This document shows, one piece after another, positions 33,065 through 45,972 of a stretch of 64,000 bases of DNA. The stretch comes from the human T2T-CHM13v2.0 reference genome, Homo sapiens. Below the pieces are notes generated by a model. It worked only from the letters and a program-made list of their open reading frames with translations. It did not search any database and had not been told where the DNA came from. Position numbers and translations under genes: made by a program. The stretch lies in assembly GCF_009914755.1 (NCBI RefSeq), contig NC_060932.1; one strand, written 5' to 3'. How positions within the stretch are numbered: the first letter of the stretch is position 1; each line of letters opens with the position of its first letter.

Positions 33065-35874
33065 TAAGCCCTGAGAATTTTCAGAGAAATTCATGGTGGA
33101 AGATCTGAGATTAGAACCCAGGAACTCCTAAGATTCCTTGGTTTTGTATCAAAGGTCAATAAAGAGACATGAAGTCAATGAAGTCAACAACTGAGGGAAA
33201 CATCCCTGAGGAAATGCATAATGGAAGTGCTGGTGTAACTACCTCAAATAAATATTTCTACTGAAACTGATCAGTCATCCATTTGATCAGGTAAGGCAGG
33301 CAAGCCCACCTCTGATTGCGTAGTAATTCACTGATCATTATCCTGATTTCAGTGGATCTATGCCATACTCAAGACCTACATTTGTCAGTGACCTGATTGT
33401 CTTATTGCCCTACACAGACATATAATCAGTCCAGCCTGTGTGAAACTCCTTGTGACCCTTATCATCATACTTAAGCTGTTTTGGTCTTTCAAATGTATTC
33501 GCTCTTCTTTACCATTTTGAAGCCATCACTCTTTCACCACTGCCAGCTAGTCTTAGTAATCTTTCACCGTGCACTGTCTGTTGCCTCACTGAATCCTCAC
33601 AGTCATTCTATGGCATAGGTAATATGATTGTCATTGACATTATGTTCATAAGGGATCCAAGGTTCAGAGGGATTGTATTGTTCAGGGTTGCACAGCTAAT
33701 TTCTAGTAAAGCCAGGAATCAACTTGCGTCTATATGATTCCATGGTCTATGCACTTAGCTGTGATGTATGCGTTCTATCTCAAGTGATCACCTCTAAAAT
33801 CAGGATCAGTTCACAGATATTTGTGAGTCTCTCAAGAGAACTAGGGAAACTTCTGTAAAGTTAGCTAATGGCTTTTTAATGTTATGTGGTAATTGTGGTG
33901 AAGCAATTGTCAATTCCAGTTAAATTAGCTTAAAATGATAAGAGCAAACACATATCTTTGATGATAAGGCTGGGATAGAGGTTAATGTCTCATCAATTTT
34001 GGGTCTCTCTTAGATGTTTGACCTTATCCTAACAACTTAAGCTTTAGGTAAAGTCTGCATTTGGTACTCTAATCTCTTCCTATCAGACACAGGTGCTCTT
34101 CTCTGCCCAACTGCAATTCAGTCCAAGACATGCCTTCTCCAGTTAGTCTCTGGAGAATGTTGTTCCTACTTAGACTCACTGCATAGATCTTAACTTGTAC
34201 TCCTGCTGGTGGTGTGCATATATGAGCTGTCACTTGACCATGCAGCCACACCTGGAGACCCATTTCTAGGTTCAGAGTCATCTCTGATGCAGCCTGTAAT
34301 TTCCCCACTAGCATGCCACTCTGTAGGAATGAACCAGACATTGCCACATCATTCTATGTAGCATTTTCTTAAAATTAGAGCTTCACTATAAACAATCTTT
34401 GGTCAAGGAAAGGCTTTGTTATCTACTCCATGGTCTCTTTGAGAAAAAAGGCCTGGTCCCATTAAGCTCTTGCCTCGTTTTTGCCTTTCAGGGATTATTC
34501 GTGCTCTGTGTTAGATGTGAACTTTTGGTTAGGTACATAGGAAATATCTACCTAAGACACTTGTGATTTCCACCAAGTTTGAAACAGCAATCTAAAAGCT
34601 AACTCATTCATTAAATGATGGAATTGTTAAGTTGGTATAAAGTGATGGTACAAAAGCCCATCAGGGCAGGTTTGAAATCTAAATGCCTTTCAGTATGCAT
34701 TGAACATGCGCATCCATGAGAAAATAGTATGATAAAGAAAGCAGGGTGTGACCTCATTGGATTCATATTTCCTTATAGAACCTCCAAATTAAGACAAATT
34801 TCCAGACATTTCTAAAAGCAGCAATACAATCAAGAAAACAAAACAATGAGATTCAGTATGTAGCTACTGCAAATTTGTCAGAAAATAAGTGGGAAAATAA
34901 CAAGATCCTAGGAAATCTGTTGTATGGAGCTGAGGAAAAGGAATGAGTTTAGGTTTTTCTTTAAGTTATTGAAGAAGGCATGGGATTATCTTCTGGTTGC
35001 TAGTCTTCCCTTAGTTTCAATGGGAAACTTATCAGACACACTTATCTTGCAGAAGCAAGATAAGAGGACAAAAGAATTTGGAAGATCATGGTGGAATTAA
35101 AAAAAAAGGAATGTAGTCAGATGGTAAATTTAGTCTAATTATATTTAGAGATGGGTTAACATAATCAGAAGGTAAGGAACCCAATTATGAGATAGGTGTG
35201 ATAACATAGATGGCTTAATAAAATACAAAATAGAAAGATATAAATAGAATGCTTTTATATAAATTCTGGAGGAGTTTAAAAATGAGTGAGTGTTCAAGAT
35301 AACTTAGAAGGAAAGATATTAATATAAACTTGAGGTATGTTGGTCTTGAAGAAAAATGAAAAAGCTCATTTTGTGAAATGAGTGGAAGAATACCAGCTCT
35401 TTTTCAGATTTTCACCATTTTATTAATATTTTTTGATTATAGAATTTTAATTATGTAGGAAGGAATTTATTAAAAAGTAAACACAAAATAAAACCAATCA
35501 TATAGTTTTGGCCAAATTGTTGCTTTTCTTTTACTTCATTTCCTAAAGGGCATTTCTCAAAGTCACTTGAAAGTAAAACTTGAGAGGGTTTTATTTTTTT
35601 GATTTATTTATTTATTTTTTTTAGTGGCTGTTTGTTGAAAAACCTTGTTGTAGGCTGCTAGGCATTCTTTTACTAAGAATTTCGAATGCACCTCATGTGC
35701 AAAAGACTGCTTAAGTGTGTCACTGCAGAAACTAGCAGGATTTCAAAATCAAACTCATCAGTTTTCTGTGATAGGATGATGGTTTGGGAGATACTCAAGA
35801 AAGGAGTACGTGTTAGTAGCTGAAGATTTTTCTGTCTTCTTCCTTGTGTTGTCAGATCCACACTTTTATTTTCC

Positions 35875-36143
35875 TTTTTTTTTTTTTTTGAGACGGAGTC
35901 TCACTCTGTCACCAGGCTCCCTGCAATTTCTACCTCCTGGGTTCAAGTGAGTCTCCTGCCTCAGCCTCCCGAGTAGCTGGGATTACAGGTACGTGCCACC
36001 ATGCCCAGCCAATTTTTGTGTTTTTAGTAGAGATGGGGTTTCACCCTGATGGCCAGGATGGTGTTGATCTCCTGACCTCGTGATCCACCCGCCTTGGCCT
36101 CCCAAAGTGCTGGGATTACAGGTGTGAGCTACTGTGCCCGTCC
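35875..36143 (-). mobile_element. AluS (Sc-like) with about 25-bp internal deletion
   Basis: Poly-T, GAGACGGAGTCTCACTCTGTCACCAGGCT^CCCTGCAA..., ends GTGAGCTACTGTGCCCGTCC. Confidence 0.92.
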
Positions 36144-38147
36144 TGGTTTTCCTTTTGTCAAGAAAGCCAGACATTCTGTGACACGGTAAATGAAAAAGGG
36201 CTTGGACCCAACCCCAGCTCTGTTGCTTGCTTGTTGCGTTGCCATAAGAGACCCTCAAGAAGAATCTCACAAAATCCACTGCCCTCCCTTAGTCTCGCTT
36301 TCCCACTAAATCGCTCCATGCAAGGGGAGCCATTTATATTGCATTAAACTTTTCTCGGTGTTCTCTAATTCCAGGGGTTCTTACTGCCTGAGAGGGTCAC
36401 TCCACCATGTGGGTAAGCGGGGTGTCCAGAGTCTGCCCATAGGCCATCAGCATCAGTTTTTCAAATCCTGGGACTTTCACTAAAAAACTGTGGTTCTTAT
36501 TTTAAAAACAAAACAAACCAAAAAAACTGCAAGGAAGCAAACTCCACAAAACCCATCAAAACCCCAAAATTTTCTTAACCTTAATAACTTGTTCTTTTTC
36601 CATGCATATCTAATTCCTCCTTTTAAAAAATACCTAAAAAATTGAAATTGGTTTACCACATATTCCTGTTGGCCCACGACACATAATGATTAATATTTTT
36701 TCCTTTATAAAAAATTGATTGCTTTTACTGTGACAACTTTGACAAAGTCTTTCAAAGAGGGAGAGAAATGTGAATTCAAAAGGATAATGTGGCTTTTATT
36801 TTTTTTACTTTGATCCTGTTTTGTGAAGCATTACCTAGGTTAGTATTGCCTCATGTTAATCAGTGACCATAAAGGCCATTAGGATGCCTTGATAGATGCC
36901 CTTGGTCTCCCTTGACTTTGATTGAAGCATCTTAAAGGCCTGTATGCATGTGGCACAACATCTAACATTGTAATTGCTCACTCAGTAGCTCTGAGCACTT
37001 ACTCTTCAATAAATTCTTAGATGCCGTGGGGATGGCGAATGAACTTTTTAATTACATGTCTGTTGTTTTCTATCACCAGGAACTAAATTAATGGGAAATT
37101 AGTTCACAAGGTTTATTATGCATTTTCCCTCTTTAAGAGGGGACTCTTTCTGACAGCCCTTCCACTTTTATCCTTTTACCATTTTTTTTTATTGGCCTCA
37201 GTACTGAAATTCCTTCTTTCTTGTTCCAACTACATCAGAAACATTCAATAGACTTAGCAGCCTATGAAAGTCTGACAATTACTTCCTCACGGCAGCCTTG
37301 TTTCAAGAGTAGGTCCAGAATAAATAAAAGTTTTTCATTTTCCTGGTGGCATCTGTTAGTTTTCAACATTGCCCAGAGAAAGAGTTACTGTGGAATACAA
37401 AAAAATGAGCTATTTTTTTCTTCCTTTTGGGGAGAAACAGACATATAGAAAACCATGAGTGCTTCCTTCATAAATCATATTTTATGTGCAACCAGTAAGA
37501 GAGAGAGATGATGATGGTTGTGGAAAAGTCATAGTGGATAACCTCAATTTATTCAGTCTTCTGAGATAATGTAAGAGTAAAGCATGGAAACAGGAATACA
37601 GAGTTCATCATAATTATAGATCATCCATTCAAAACATTTTGAAAACAGTGCTATGTAAACTTGGGATGACAAATAATGAAGCATAGTTAACACTTCTCAT
37701 TGGTTGTGAATTTTCAAATACATCCAAGTATTTAATCATGGCCATTCATCATTCTGTAAATCAAAACTAGGTCTTTGAATTCTCTCCCTTTCCTATTCTC
37801 AGATTAAGGCATATTTGGTTTCATATAAAATCTTATGCATAATTTTGAATTTCTTGGGCCAATCAAATAATGGTACATAATTTAATTTAAAAAACTTTTC
37901 AGAAGGAGAAAACTCATGTTTCACATACTTCTTATTAATCCTAAGGCCTAGCAAAGGGTACATACAGCTGTAGTTCACCTCAATTATACACTGTAAATAT
38001 TTAGATTAGAGACACGAAATAAGTTTTGGGAGTTGCAAGAATAGAATCAGATGTAGGAGGTATTCTTGTAGAATAGAGATGGAGATGGGATTTAAAATTT
38101 TTTATTTCACTGCTAGAGCAATAAAATCAGTATTAAAAACAAGGAGA

Positions 38148-38553
<406 letters not shown>

Positions 38554-39284
38554 CTAGCAGGTACTCAGACATGCCTGTCACCACTTGGCAGCAAAGCAAG
38601 GAAATAGGACAGTATTACATTTGTGAAGTTGTTGATCAGAAAACTAGTGTGCAGAGGAATTTGTGTGTTTTAAAATATTCCCAAAGTGGCAGAATATTAC
38701 TGACATTTGAAACAATAGCACAGTCTACCTATGTTAAAATGGTATTTCCATTTTTAAATTATATTTTTTCAATAAAAGTCTTGCTCTCTTCTTAAGTTAC
38801 AGATTTTTACTTTTTCATTTTGCTTGTTCCTGTGCTCCTTGATCCATCAATGAAAATGTGATTTTCTGTTGGAGTCTTCGATAAATATGTAAGGCTATTT
38901 TCATTGCATCAGAAAGCTGAAAGGGACCTTGGCTGATCATTTGTGTAATTGAATCGTGTCTGCGTTTAGGGCACAATTTTCATTTTATGAAAGAAACACA
39001 AGATTTCCCATGATGTTTTGCATGTCTACAAATTCAGGCGAATGAGTCTTTCCTCGGGCTCAGTGAGATCAGTGGGGTCATGCTAGTGAATTAACTGGCA
39101 TGATATTTGCTTAACAAAAGCATGCCATAAATAAGAGACTTAATAGTCAGTTGGCAAGTTGCTTCATGCTAATGCTGTTTTTAAAATTTAAAGTAATGGA
39201 TGAAATAAAGTTTTATATACATGTCTGGATTTTTGAAAAATAAGAAGATTTGAGGCATAGTGTATTATAGCAGAAATGTCTTTT

Positions 39285-39668
39285 AATTTATTTTTAGTTG
39301 TTTTGGGTACATGGTAGGTGTATATAGCCAAAAACCACAATTACTTTTGCATCAACCTAATATTTACAGGGTACATGAGATGTGTTAATACAGGCATGCA
39401 ATGCATTATAATCACATCATGGAGAATGAGGTCTCCATCCCTTCAAACATTTTTGCTTTGTATTACAAACAATTCAATTATACATTTTTAGTTTTTTAAA
39501 AATACAATTAAATTATTATTGACTATAGTCACCCAGTTGTGTTATCAAATAGTAGGTCTTATTTGTTCTTTATAGCTATTTTTTTGTACCCATTGATCAT
39601 CCCCACCTTCCCCCACCCCAACCCTCCCACTATCCTTCCCAGCCTCTGGTAACTATCCTTCTATTTCC
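39285..39668 (-). mobile_element. L1MA (L1MA2-like) 3' end
   Basis: GGTACATGAGATGTG..ATACAGGCATGCAATGCATTATAATCACATCATGGAG; TSD ATGTCTTTT at 39276-39284 and 39669-39677 (TT/AAAA site on -). Confidence 0.85.
39327..39360. mobile_element. Solo Hsmar1 TIR / half MADE1
   Basis: GCCAAAAACCACAATTACTTTTGCATCAACCTAA flanked by TA on both sides, inside L1MA. Confidence 0.88.
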
Positions 39669-40898
39669 ATGTCTTTTAAAGTGTCTCCCTCATTTCTGTG
39701 TACATGTGACTCACTGGGGAATAAACAGGGAAATCCTTTGTGATGAATCAGATGTCATTCTGAGACACAGAGCTTCTTATACTTTTCTTTAAAATCATAT
39801 TTGCCCTTCTAGATCAGTATCAAGCAAATAACAACCAAGAATCAACATGCATAAAAATGACAAGGTTATCCCAGAGTTCTAGTTGTCATTTTCATAGTTG
39901 CCAGCACCCTTTTCCAGGAAAACAAAGAGAGTGGCCATCTAAGTGATGCCGTTGAGGAAGCTGCCTTTCCCCTAATTTCTGGAGAGCCTAGTGTAGAGGG
40001 AGAACTCCTGCCTCTGGGAATATAGCTTTTAGGGCATCCCTTTATCCATTCTCCACCATTCCTTCAGTGAAGGAAATTATAAAAGCAAAACTGGGACCCA
40101 AGGCATGCTTTGAGTCTCTTTGCCTCAGCCCGGGCAACTGTATTCTCCGAATTGAGTTCATTAATATTGTCTTCTTAGGAGAAATATTATCTTTCTCCAG
40201 ACTGGGCAGGGAGTCTGGCTTGAGAGGCAACAATAAAGAAAGAATATGTCTTCCTCTATAAAGAAAGGCCACTTTATAATGAATTTCCTTTAGATCACGA
40301 ACAGCACTGTAAGACCCAGACTGTCAACTTGTGCTTTTGAGGTTAGGAGCTGAGAAAACTCTTCTTGATTAATAATTGAGACCTAAACATGGCAAAAAAC
40401 AGGTCTGCCTCAGCACGGAGATCATGCATCGAGGTGGCGGGCGATGCCTTCAGTGGGTTCTCTTTTCTTCCTGTCTCCTCTGCGATTATGTGGCAAGTTT
40501 AGAGTCAACTACAGGAGGAGTTTCAGACAAGAAGCACAGTTTGATAGAAACTAATTTCTGGATTGTGATTGTGTGAGACCTCCTGGGTGTTCCTGAGACT
40601 TTCGGAGGATGATTCTTGGCCTTGCTTTGTTTTTGTTCTTTTCTTCTTTAGGTTTTCATCTGAAGGCAAGTAACTCATGTCCCTACAGGGAAATTCCCCT
40701 GAGGAATTAGAGATAAGCATGCATTTCTCAATAAAACATTTTCAGAAAAAAAGTTGCTGTGTTTCCGGGAGAAGCAGATGGCTGCTATTGAGAGACACCT
40801 AGGTTTGTGTTCTGGGAATCTGTCTCCTACTCATGATAGCAGGGGGCAGATTCAGATCTGCAGGAGGTAGAAATAGGCATCAGATCACTCTGTCCTAA

Positions 40899-40937
40899 AA
40901 AACAAACAAACAAACAAACAAACAAACAAACAAACAA
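40899..40937. repeat. (AAAC)n microsatellite
   Basis: About 9 AAAC units. Confidence 0.95.
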
Positions 40938-42309
40938 TTGGAAGAAATGAATTGATCACAGAAGCATCTAGAGCTAGGACCAATTAAAAGTCAGTTAGTG
41001 TATATGACCTATTTGAAGATTTCTCAACAATCTTGACCTATTGCTTAAGAGCACAACATTTGTAGTAAAATGAGCCTAAGTTAGGATATGACTTAAGATC
41101 ACTGACCAGCTATCTAAGCTTGTTAGGGTTACCCAATATTGTGAAACTTCAGTTTCCCCATTTAAAAATATGGAGGCAATAATAGCAATTACCTAACTGG
41201 TTATTGCAAGCATTAAAGGAGGTCATCAATTTCTGTTTGAGGTTGGAAAATCCTTCAAAAGCTTTCTATTCATTTGAGTAACAAGCAAAACATTCTGATT
41301 TAATATCTGTATGTGCTTCAGTGTCTTTGATTATCACATTTAGAATATTCAATATTTTACTTGTAATAGTGAATAAAAAGTTTGCTGGTTGAGAGAGTGA
41401 ATAAATGGGTGAATGGAAGAGTAAATAATGACTCTTGTAACACTATTAGTTATGGAGTGGATACACACTAGACCAGTGGGGCTGAGAAAATTTAAAAAAT
41501 ATTCAAGCAGTAGAAATTTTTACTTAATAAATATTGCTTGGGAGGCTGAATTAATGATAAAAATAAATGTTTTGCATTTGACATTATCTACCCAATAATT
41601 CACTTCTCTCTGCATTCTCTCACTCTCTTAAAGAAGGGTACCACATTGATGATGCTAAATGATTCTTGTAGAACCAGCCAGAGGTGGAAAAGAAAGTAGT
41701 TCTGACACTTGGTTAAAAAATATACATATACATAAATAAAGTCAAACTCCACTGCCATCTCTACTCAAAGTGTGTGCATACTTTCTTAAGTACACGCTGA
41801 GATGACTCATTTTACACTTCTTTTTTTACATATTTACCCTGTTTTAATGGGTTGGGGAATGGCAAGAGCAAAGGAAAGAATAGCTGATTACCATTCAAGA
41901 CACACATCCAAATCACATAAAGAAATCTTTAGATCTGAGAATAATTGTGAAAAGAATACCAAATTCCAGTGTAGCTTTAAAAAGTGCACCGTTATCTTTA
42001 ATTACCTGCTTGATAGAAGAATATTTATTTTGGAATAAGAAGGAATAATTTCAAAGTTGATGGCCTTGTTATAAATATAAGCAAATTAACTTTTTTAGAA
42101 AGCCATTTCGAACTCCGAAGACACCAGCAACATTTTTATTGATTAATTCTTTAGTGTTATAACAAGCAAGTTGTTTTTATGCCGTATTTATGAGCTGGTA
42201 TATAATCACACATCTCAGGGGTGGAGAGGACCTTAAGAATCATCCACTTCAACAGCTTATTTGAAATGTGTTTGTTTTTATGTTCTGTATATATTCTGTT
42301 CTTTTGGTT

Positions 42310-42370
42310 ATCTCTCTCTCTCTGTCTCTGTGTCTCTCTCTCCATGTATGTATGTGTGTGTGTGTGTATG
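42310..42370. repeat. Compound (TC)n/(TG)n microsatellite
   Basis: Direct reading. Confidence 0.85.
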
Positions 42371-42565
42371 AAATAGATAATATATATAAATTATCATAAA
42401 AGTATATTTACATATATATTTTAATGCCCACTCTATTGGACTTGTAAGAAAATCTTACTTCTATAAAGTACTCTAGAGGCATATACTTGTAGCTTATTTT
42501 GTGACATATGTTTGGTCATACATCTAATAACAAATCTTTGATCAGGAGCATAATTCCAATTAGAG

Positions 42566-43330
42566 CAGTGGTTCTTGACAGCGGCAGTGTTCCATCCTAG
42601 GTATTTTATACATGTATCAGAATTTTATTTTATCATCTCAATGACTAGTAAAAGGCAAGGTTGCTGGGTGCCCTGTGATGCATGTGACAATCTTTCTCAA
42701 AAGGAATCCTCCTGCTTCTCCTAAAATATTTGAATGACCCACTGGATTTTGATGTAGGTTAGAGACTGTTTATAATCATCGGAGCCTAGATTTTATTTTA
42801 CTTAAATCGCAGAGTACTGTTTTTGCTATTTTAATATGCTGTAAGTTTTCCCAGAAAACAACTTGTATAAATTGACAAAACTTATTTTGTTCAGAATTTT
42901 TCCAGGAGATGCTCAATATTTCAGAAAACGACCTATCTAAAGGCAATAGTGTTTGTGGCATTTAAGATAGAAATAAAGTACAAACCGTCAGTCTGCATGC
43001 AAACTGTAGTTACTGTATTCTCACGATTCTAATTATGGGTGCAGGCACCCAGGACTTTGCTATGTTTTCAAATATAGTTTTTTTCTATTGCTATATATGG
43101 AAATTCTTATAATTTTATTCTGAATTAATAACCTTACATCTTTTTTATGATATACTTGGGACATTATATTGATTTTTAAATTTTGTATACAGATAGGTTG
43201 TATTATCTATAAATTTCAAATCATAGATGATGTAACTTATTATGTCTATGATAATGAAAGAGGCATTAAATTATGTACGAGTGCAATAAGGAGTTGCGTT
43301 TGATAGGGCCAAAAAGCCCTGAAATAAAAA
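42566..43330. mobile_element. Probable hAT-Charlie relic (MER20B-like)
   Basis: Begins CAGTGGTTCTTGAC, a Charlie-type terminus; the rest is highly diverged. Confidence 0.4.
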
Positions 43331-43379
43331 AGCAGTATACTCAGGGGAATTTGCTACATCTTCTAGTACAAGTAGAATT

Positions 43380-44044
43380 ATGGGGCAATATACTATTTAT
43401 CGATTGTTATATAGTAATATCGCCACAAACTGAGTGGCACACATTTATCATCTTAGAGTTTCTGTGGTTCAGGAGTCTGAGTATGGTTTAGCTGCAACAT
43501 CTGCAAGGCTACAATCAAGATGGTGGCCAGAGCTGCAGTCTAATTTGTAAGATTGGCTGGGAAAGGATCTATTTCATGAGTCATGCAGTTCATGTAGGAA
43601 TCGAGGTCCTTGAGGCCTGTTGGACTACAGACCTCAACTTGTTGCTGTCTGCTGGATAAAGGCTTCGCTTACTTCCTCACCGTGCAGCTCTCTTCAGTAT
43701 GGCCACTTACTTCATTGAAGCCACAAAGGGAGAAAGTCTGAAATCAAGACAGAACATATAATCTTATGTAATGTCATCATGAAAGTGGCATCCTGTTGGC
43801 GGAGCTTGCAGTGAGCCGAGATCGCGCTACTGCACTCCAGCCTGGGCGACAGAGCAAGACTCCATCTCAAGAAAAAAAAAACAAACAAACAAAAAAAGGA
43901 AGTGGCATCCCATTATCTTTGCTGTATTCCATTGGTGACAAGTAAGGTATAGATTCCACATGTACTCAAGGGGCACGTATTACACAAGGGATGACCACTC
44001 ACCTGCAAGGATAATTGAGGAACATTTTCGATTCTGTTCAACAC
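43380..44044 (-). mobile_element. MLT1 MaLR LTR, interrupted by an Alu fragment
   Basis: CCACAAACTGAGTGGC..ACATTTATCATCTTAGAGTTTCTGTGGTTCAGGAGTCTG MLT1-like; boundaries approximate. Confidence 0.7.
43798..43899 (+). mobile_element. Heavily 5'-truncated AluY
   Basis: GGCGGAGCTTGCAGTGAGCCGAGATCGCG... plus A-tail; TSD AAGTGGCATCC at 43783-43793 and 43900-43910. Confidence 0.9.
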
Positions 44045-44418
44045 AGCCAATTTCCTATAGCAGTGTTAGGTGGAGGGGATGAGTTATTGGGATCAGAAGG
44101 TAGCTAGTGTGTTCTGTAGTCTTTATTCCAATGAAAGATAACTTTACCCATTAATGTGAAGTCAATTGTACTCAGAGAAGAGGGAAAACTAGATTACTAG
44201 AATGTAATCTGTTTAAGTCTTGTAAGACTACAAAGTCCTTACTAATTTGATGTGCATTTCTCTGATGAGCATTTCTGTAGCACTGGAGTCCAGTGATGCA
44301 GGGATGGGTTATCCACATTTTCTGCCACTCAAGATCTTTCCATCCAGGTGATCCAGCTAGTTCTCAGGCCCATCAAACTTTGATCCAGGGTCAGATCTGG
44401 AAGAGGTAGAGAGCATTT

Positions 44419-45048
44419 TTTTAATTCCTTATTTAAAAAATGTGATTTTTGTGGGTCATGTGAAGGTTTGTTATAAAGATAAACACGTCATGGGGGTTTG
44501 TTGTACATATTATTACATCATTGAGGTATTAAGCTCAGTACCTGGTAGTTATCTTTTCTGCTCCGCTTCCCTCCTCCTACCCTCCACCCTCAAGTAGACC
44601 TGAGTGTCTGTTGTTTCCTTCTTTGTGTTCCTAAGTTCTTATCATTTACTTCCCTCTTATAAGTAAGAACATGCAGTATTTGGTTTTCTGTTTCTGCATT
44701 AGTTTGCTAAGGATGATGGCCTCCAGCTCCATCCATATTCCCACAAAATATATGATTGTGTTCTTTTTTATGGTTGCATACTATTCCATGGTGTATATGT
44801 ACCACATGTTCTTTATCCAGTCTATTATTGATGGGCATTTAGGTTGATTCCATATCTTTGCTATTGTGAACAATGCTGCAATGAACATTGGCATGTATGT
44901 GTCTTTTCCGGTGAGGTTGCAGAGAAAAGAGAACCCTTACACACTATTGGTGGGAGTGTAAATTAGTTCAACCATTGTGGGAAGCAGTATGGCGATTCCT
45001 CAAAGGGCTAAAAGCAGAACTACCGTTTGACCCAGCAATCCCATTACT
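44419..45048 (-). mobile_element. Old L1P (L1PA15/16-like) 3' end with 5' inversion
   Basis: Minus-strand 3'UTR/ORF2 end to 44908, then sense-oriented ORF2 segment at about 44910-45048; TSD GAGAGCATTT at 44409-44418 and 45049-45058. Confidence 0.88.
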
Positions 45049-45972
45049 GAGAGCATTTAAGAGTCAAATGTATTCATGACATAAATGTGTATTGAAAATC
45101 TGATATGTTTTAGTGATTGTTTTATAGGGAGGGGGCAGAGACTCTGCTTTTATGAAGCTTACAGTGAGTGCCAGCCACCATTTTAGCTTTTGGGGGCCTT
45201 CTCTAAGAAGGGTGGAGTAGTTAATGTAGACAAACATGGGTTTTGGCAGCATACGACCATGAATTAACATTATATTTCCGCTTACCAGCCGTGTGATTTT
45301 AGCTTACGAAAGCTACTCTCTGGTTGTTTATTTCTTCAAGTGAAGAAATGGGTCTAATAGTACCTATCACACAAGATTTTCTGTGAAGATTTTGTGAGAT
45401 CCTATATATTAAGCACCCAGTGCATAGGTGTTCTCAATGTTAAATCCCCTCTCCATGTCTGAACCTTCAATAAAACAGACTATTACAAATTACATATGAA
45501 GACTTTGATGTTTAACGTCATCCACACAAAGTTAGGCAAAAGTCATATATAACAAATATTTAAGTAATCACCTGGAACAAGATCTCTTTAGTTATTTTTT
45601 AAATATGAGATCTCACAATTATTCTCAGCATTTCCTGTTCATTGTTTTGCTATGGGTAGCATGTCCTGATTACTCAGTTATACAAAATATTTGAATGGCT
45701 TAAAGGAGTATTTGTGTTTGACAGCATAAATAATATTGTTTTTGAAAATGTATGAATACAGATAGAAATCAATGGACTGGAGTATATGCATTTGTCTATC
45801 TTGGATTGATCTAGTGTATTGAGTCACAAAATTTAGTTGATAGAAGGGATAGAGTATGAGAAACAGAGTCCCACAACTTTGCATCAACTTAGAAAATTAT
45901 TCTTTTATTTAACATTCATTCATTCATTCATTTATTCAACATTTTTAAGTTTCCGTTCCAGGATCTTGAGTA

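Noticed and set aside
39327-39360. miR-548-type hairpin from MADE1
   Set aside because: Only one arm is present, so no local hairpin can form
40426-40447. CTCF site or hairpin GCATCG-N10-CGATGC
   Set aside because: Only the 3' half of the CTCF motif matches; a 6-bp stem is expected by chance
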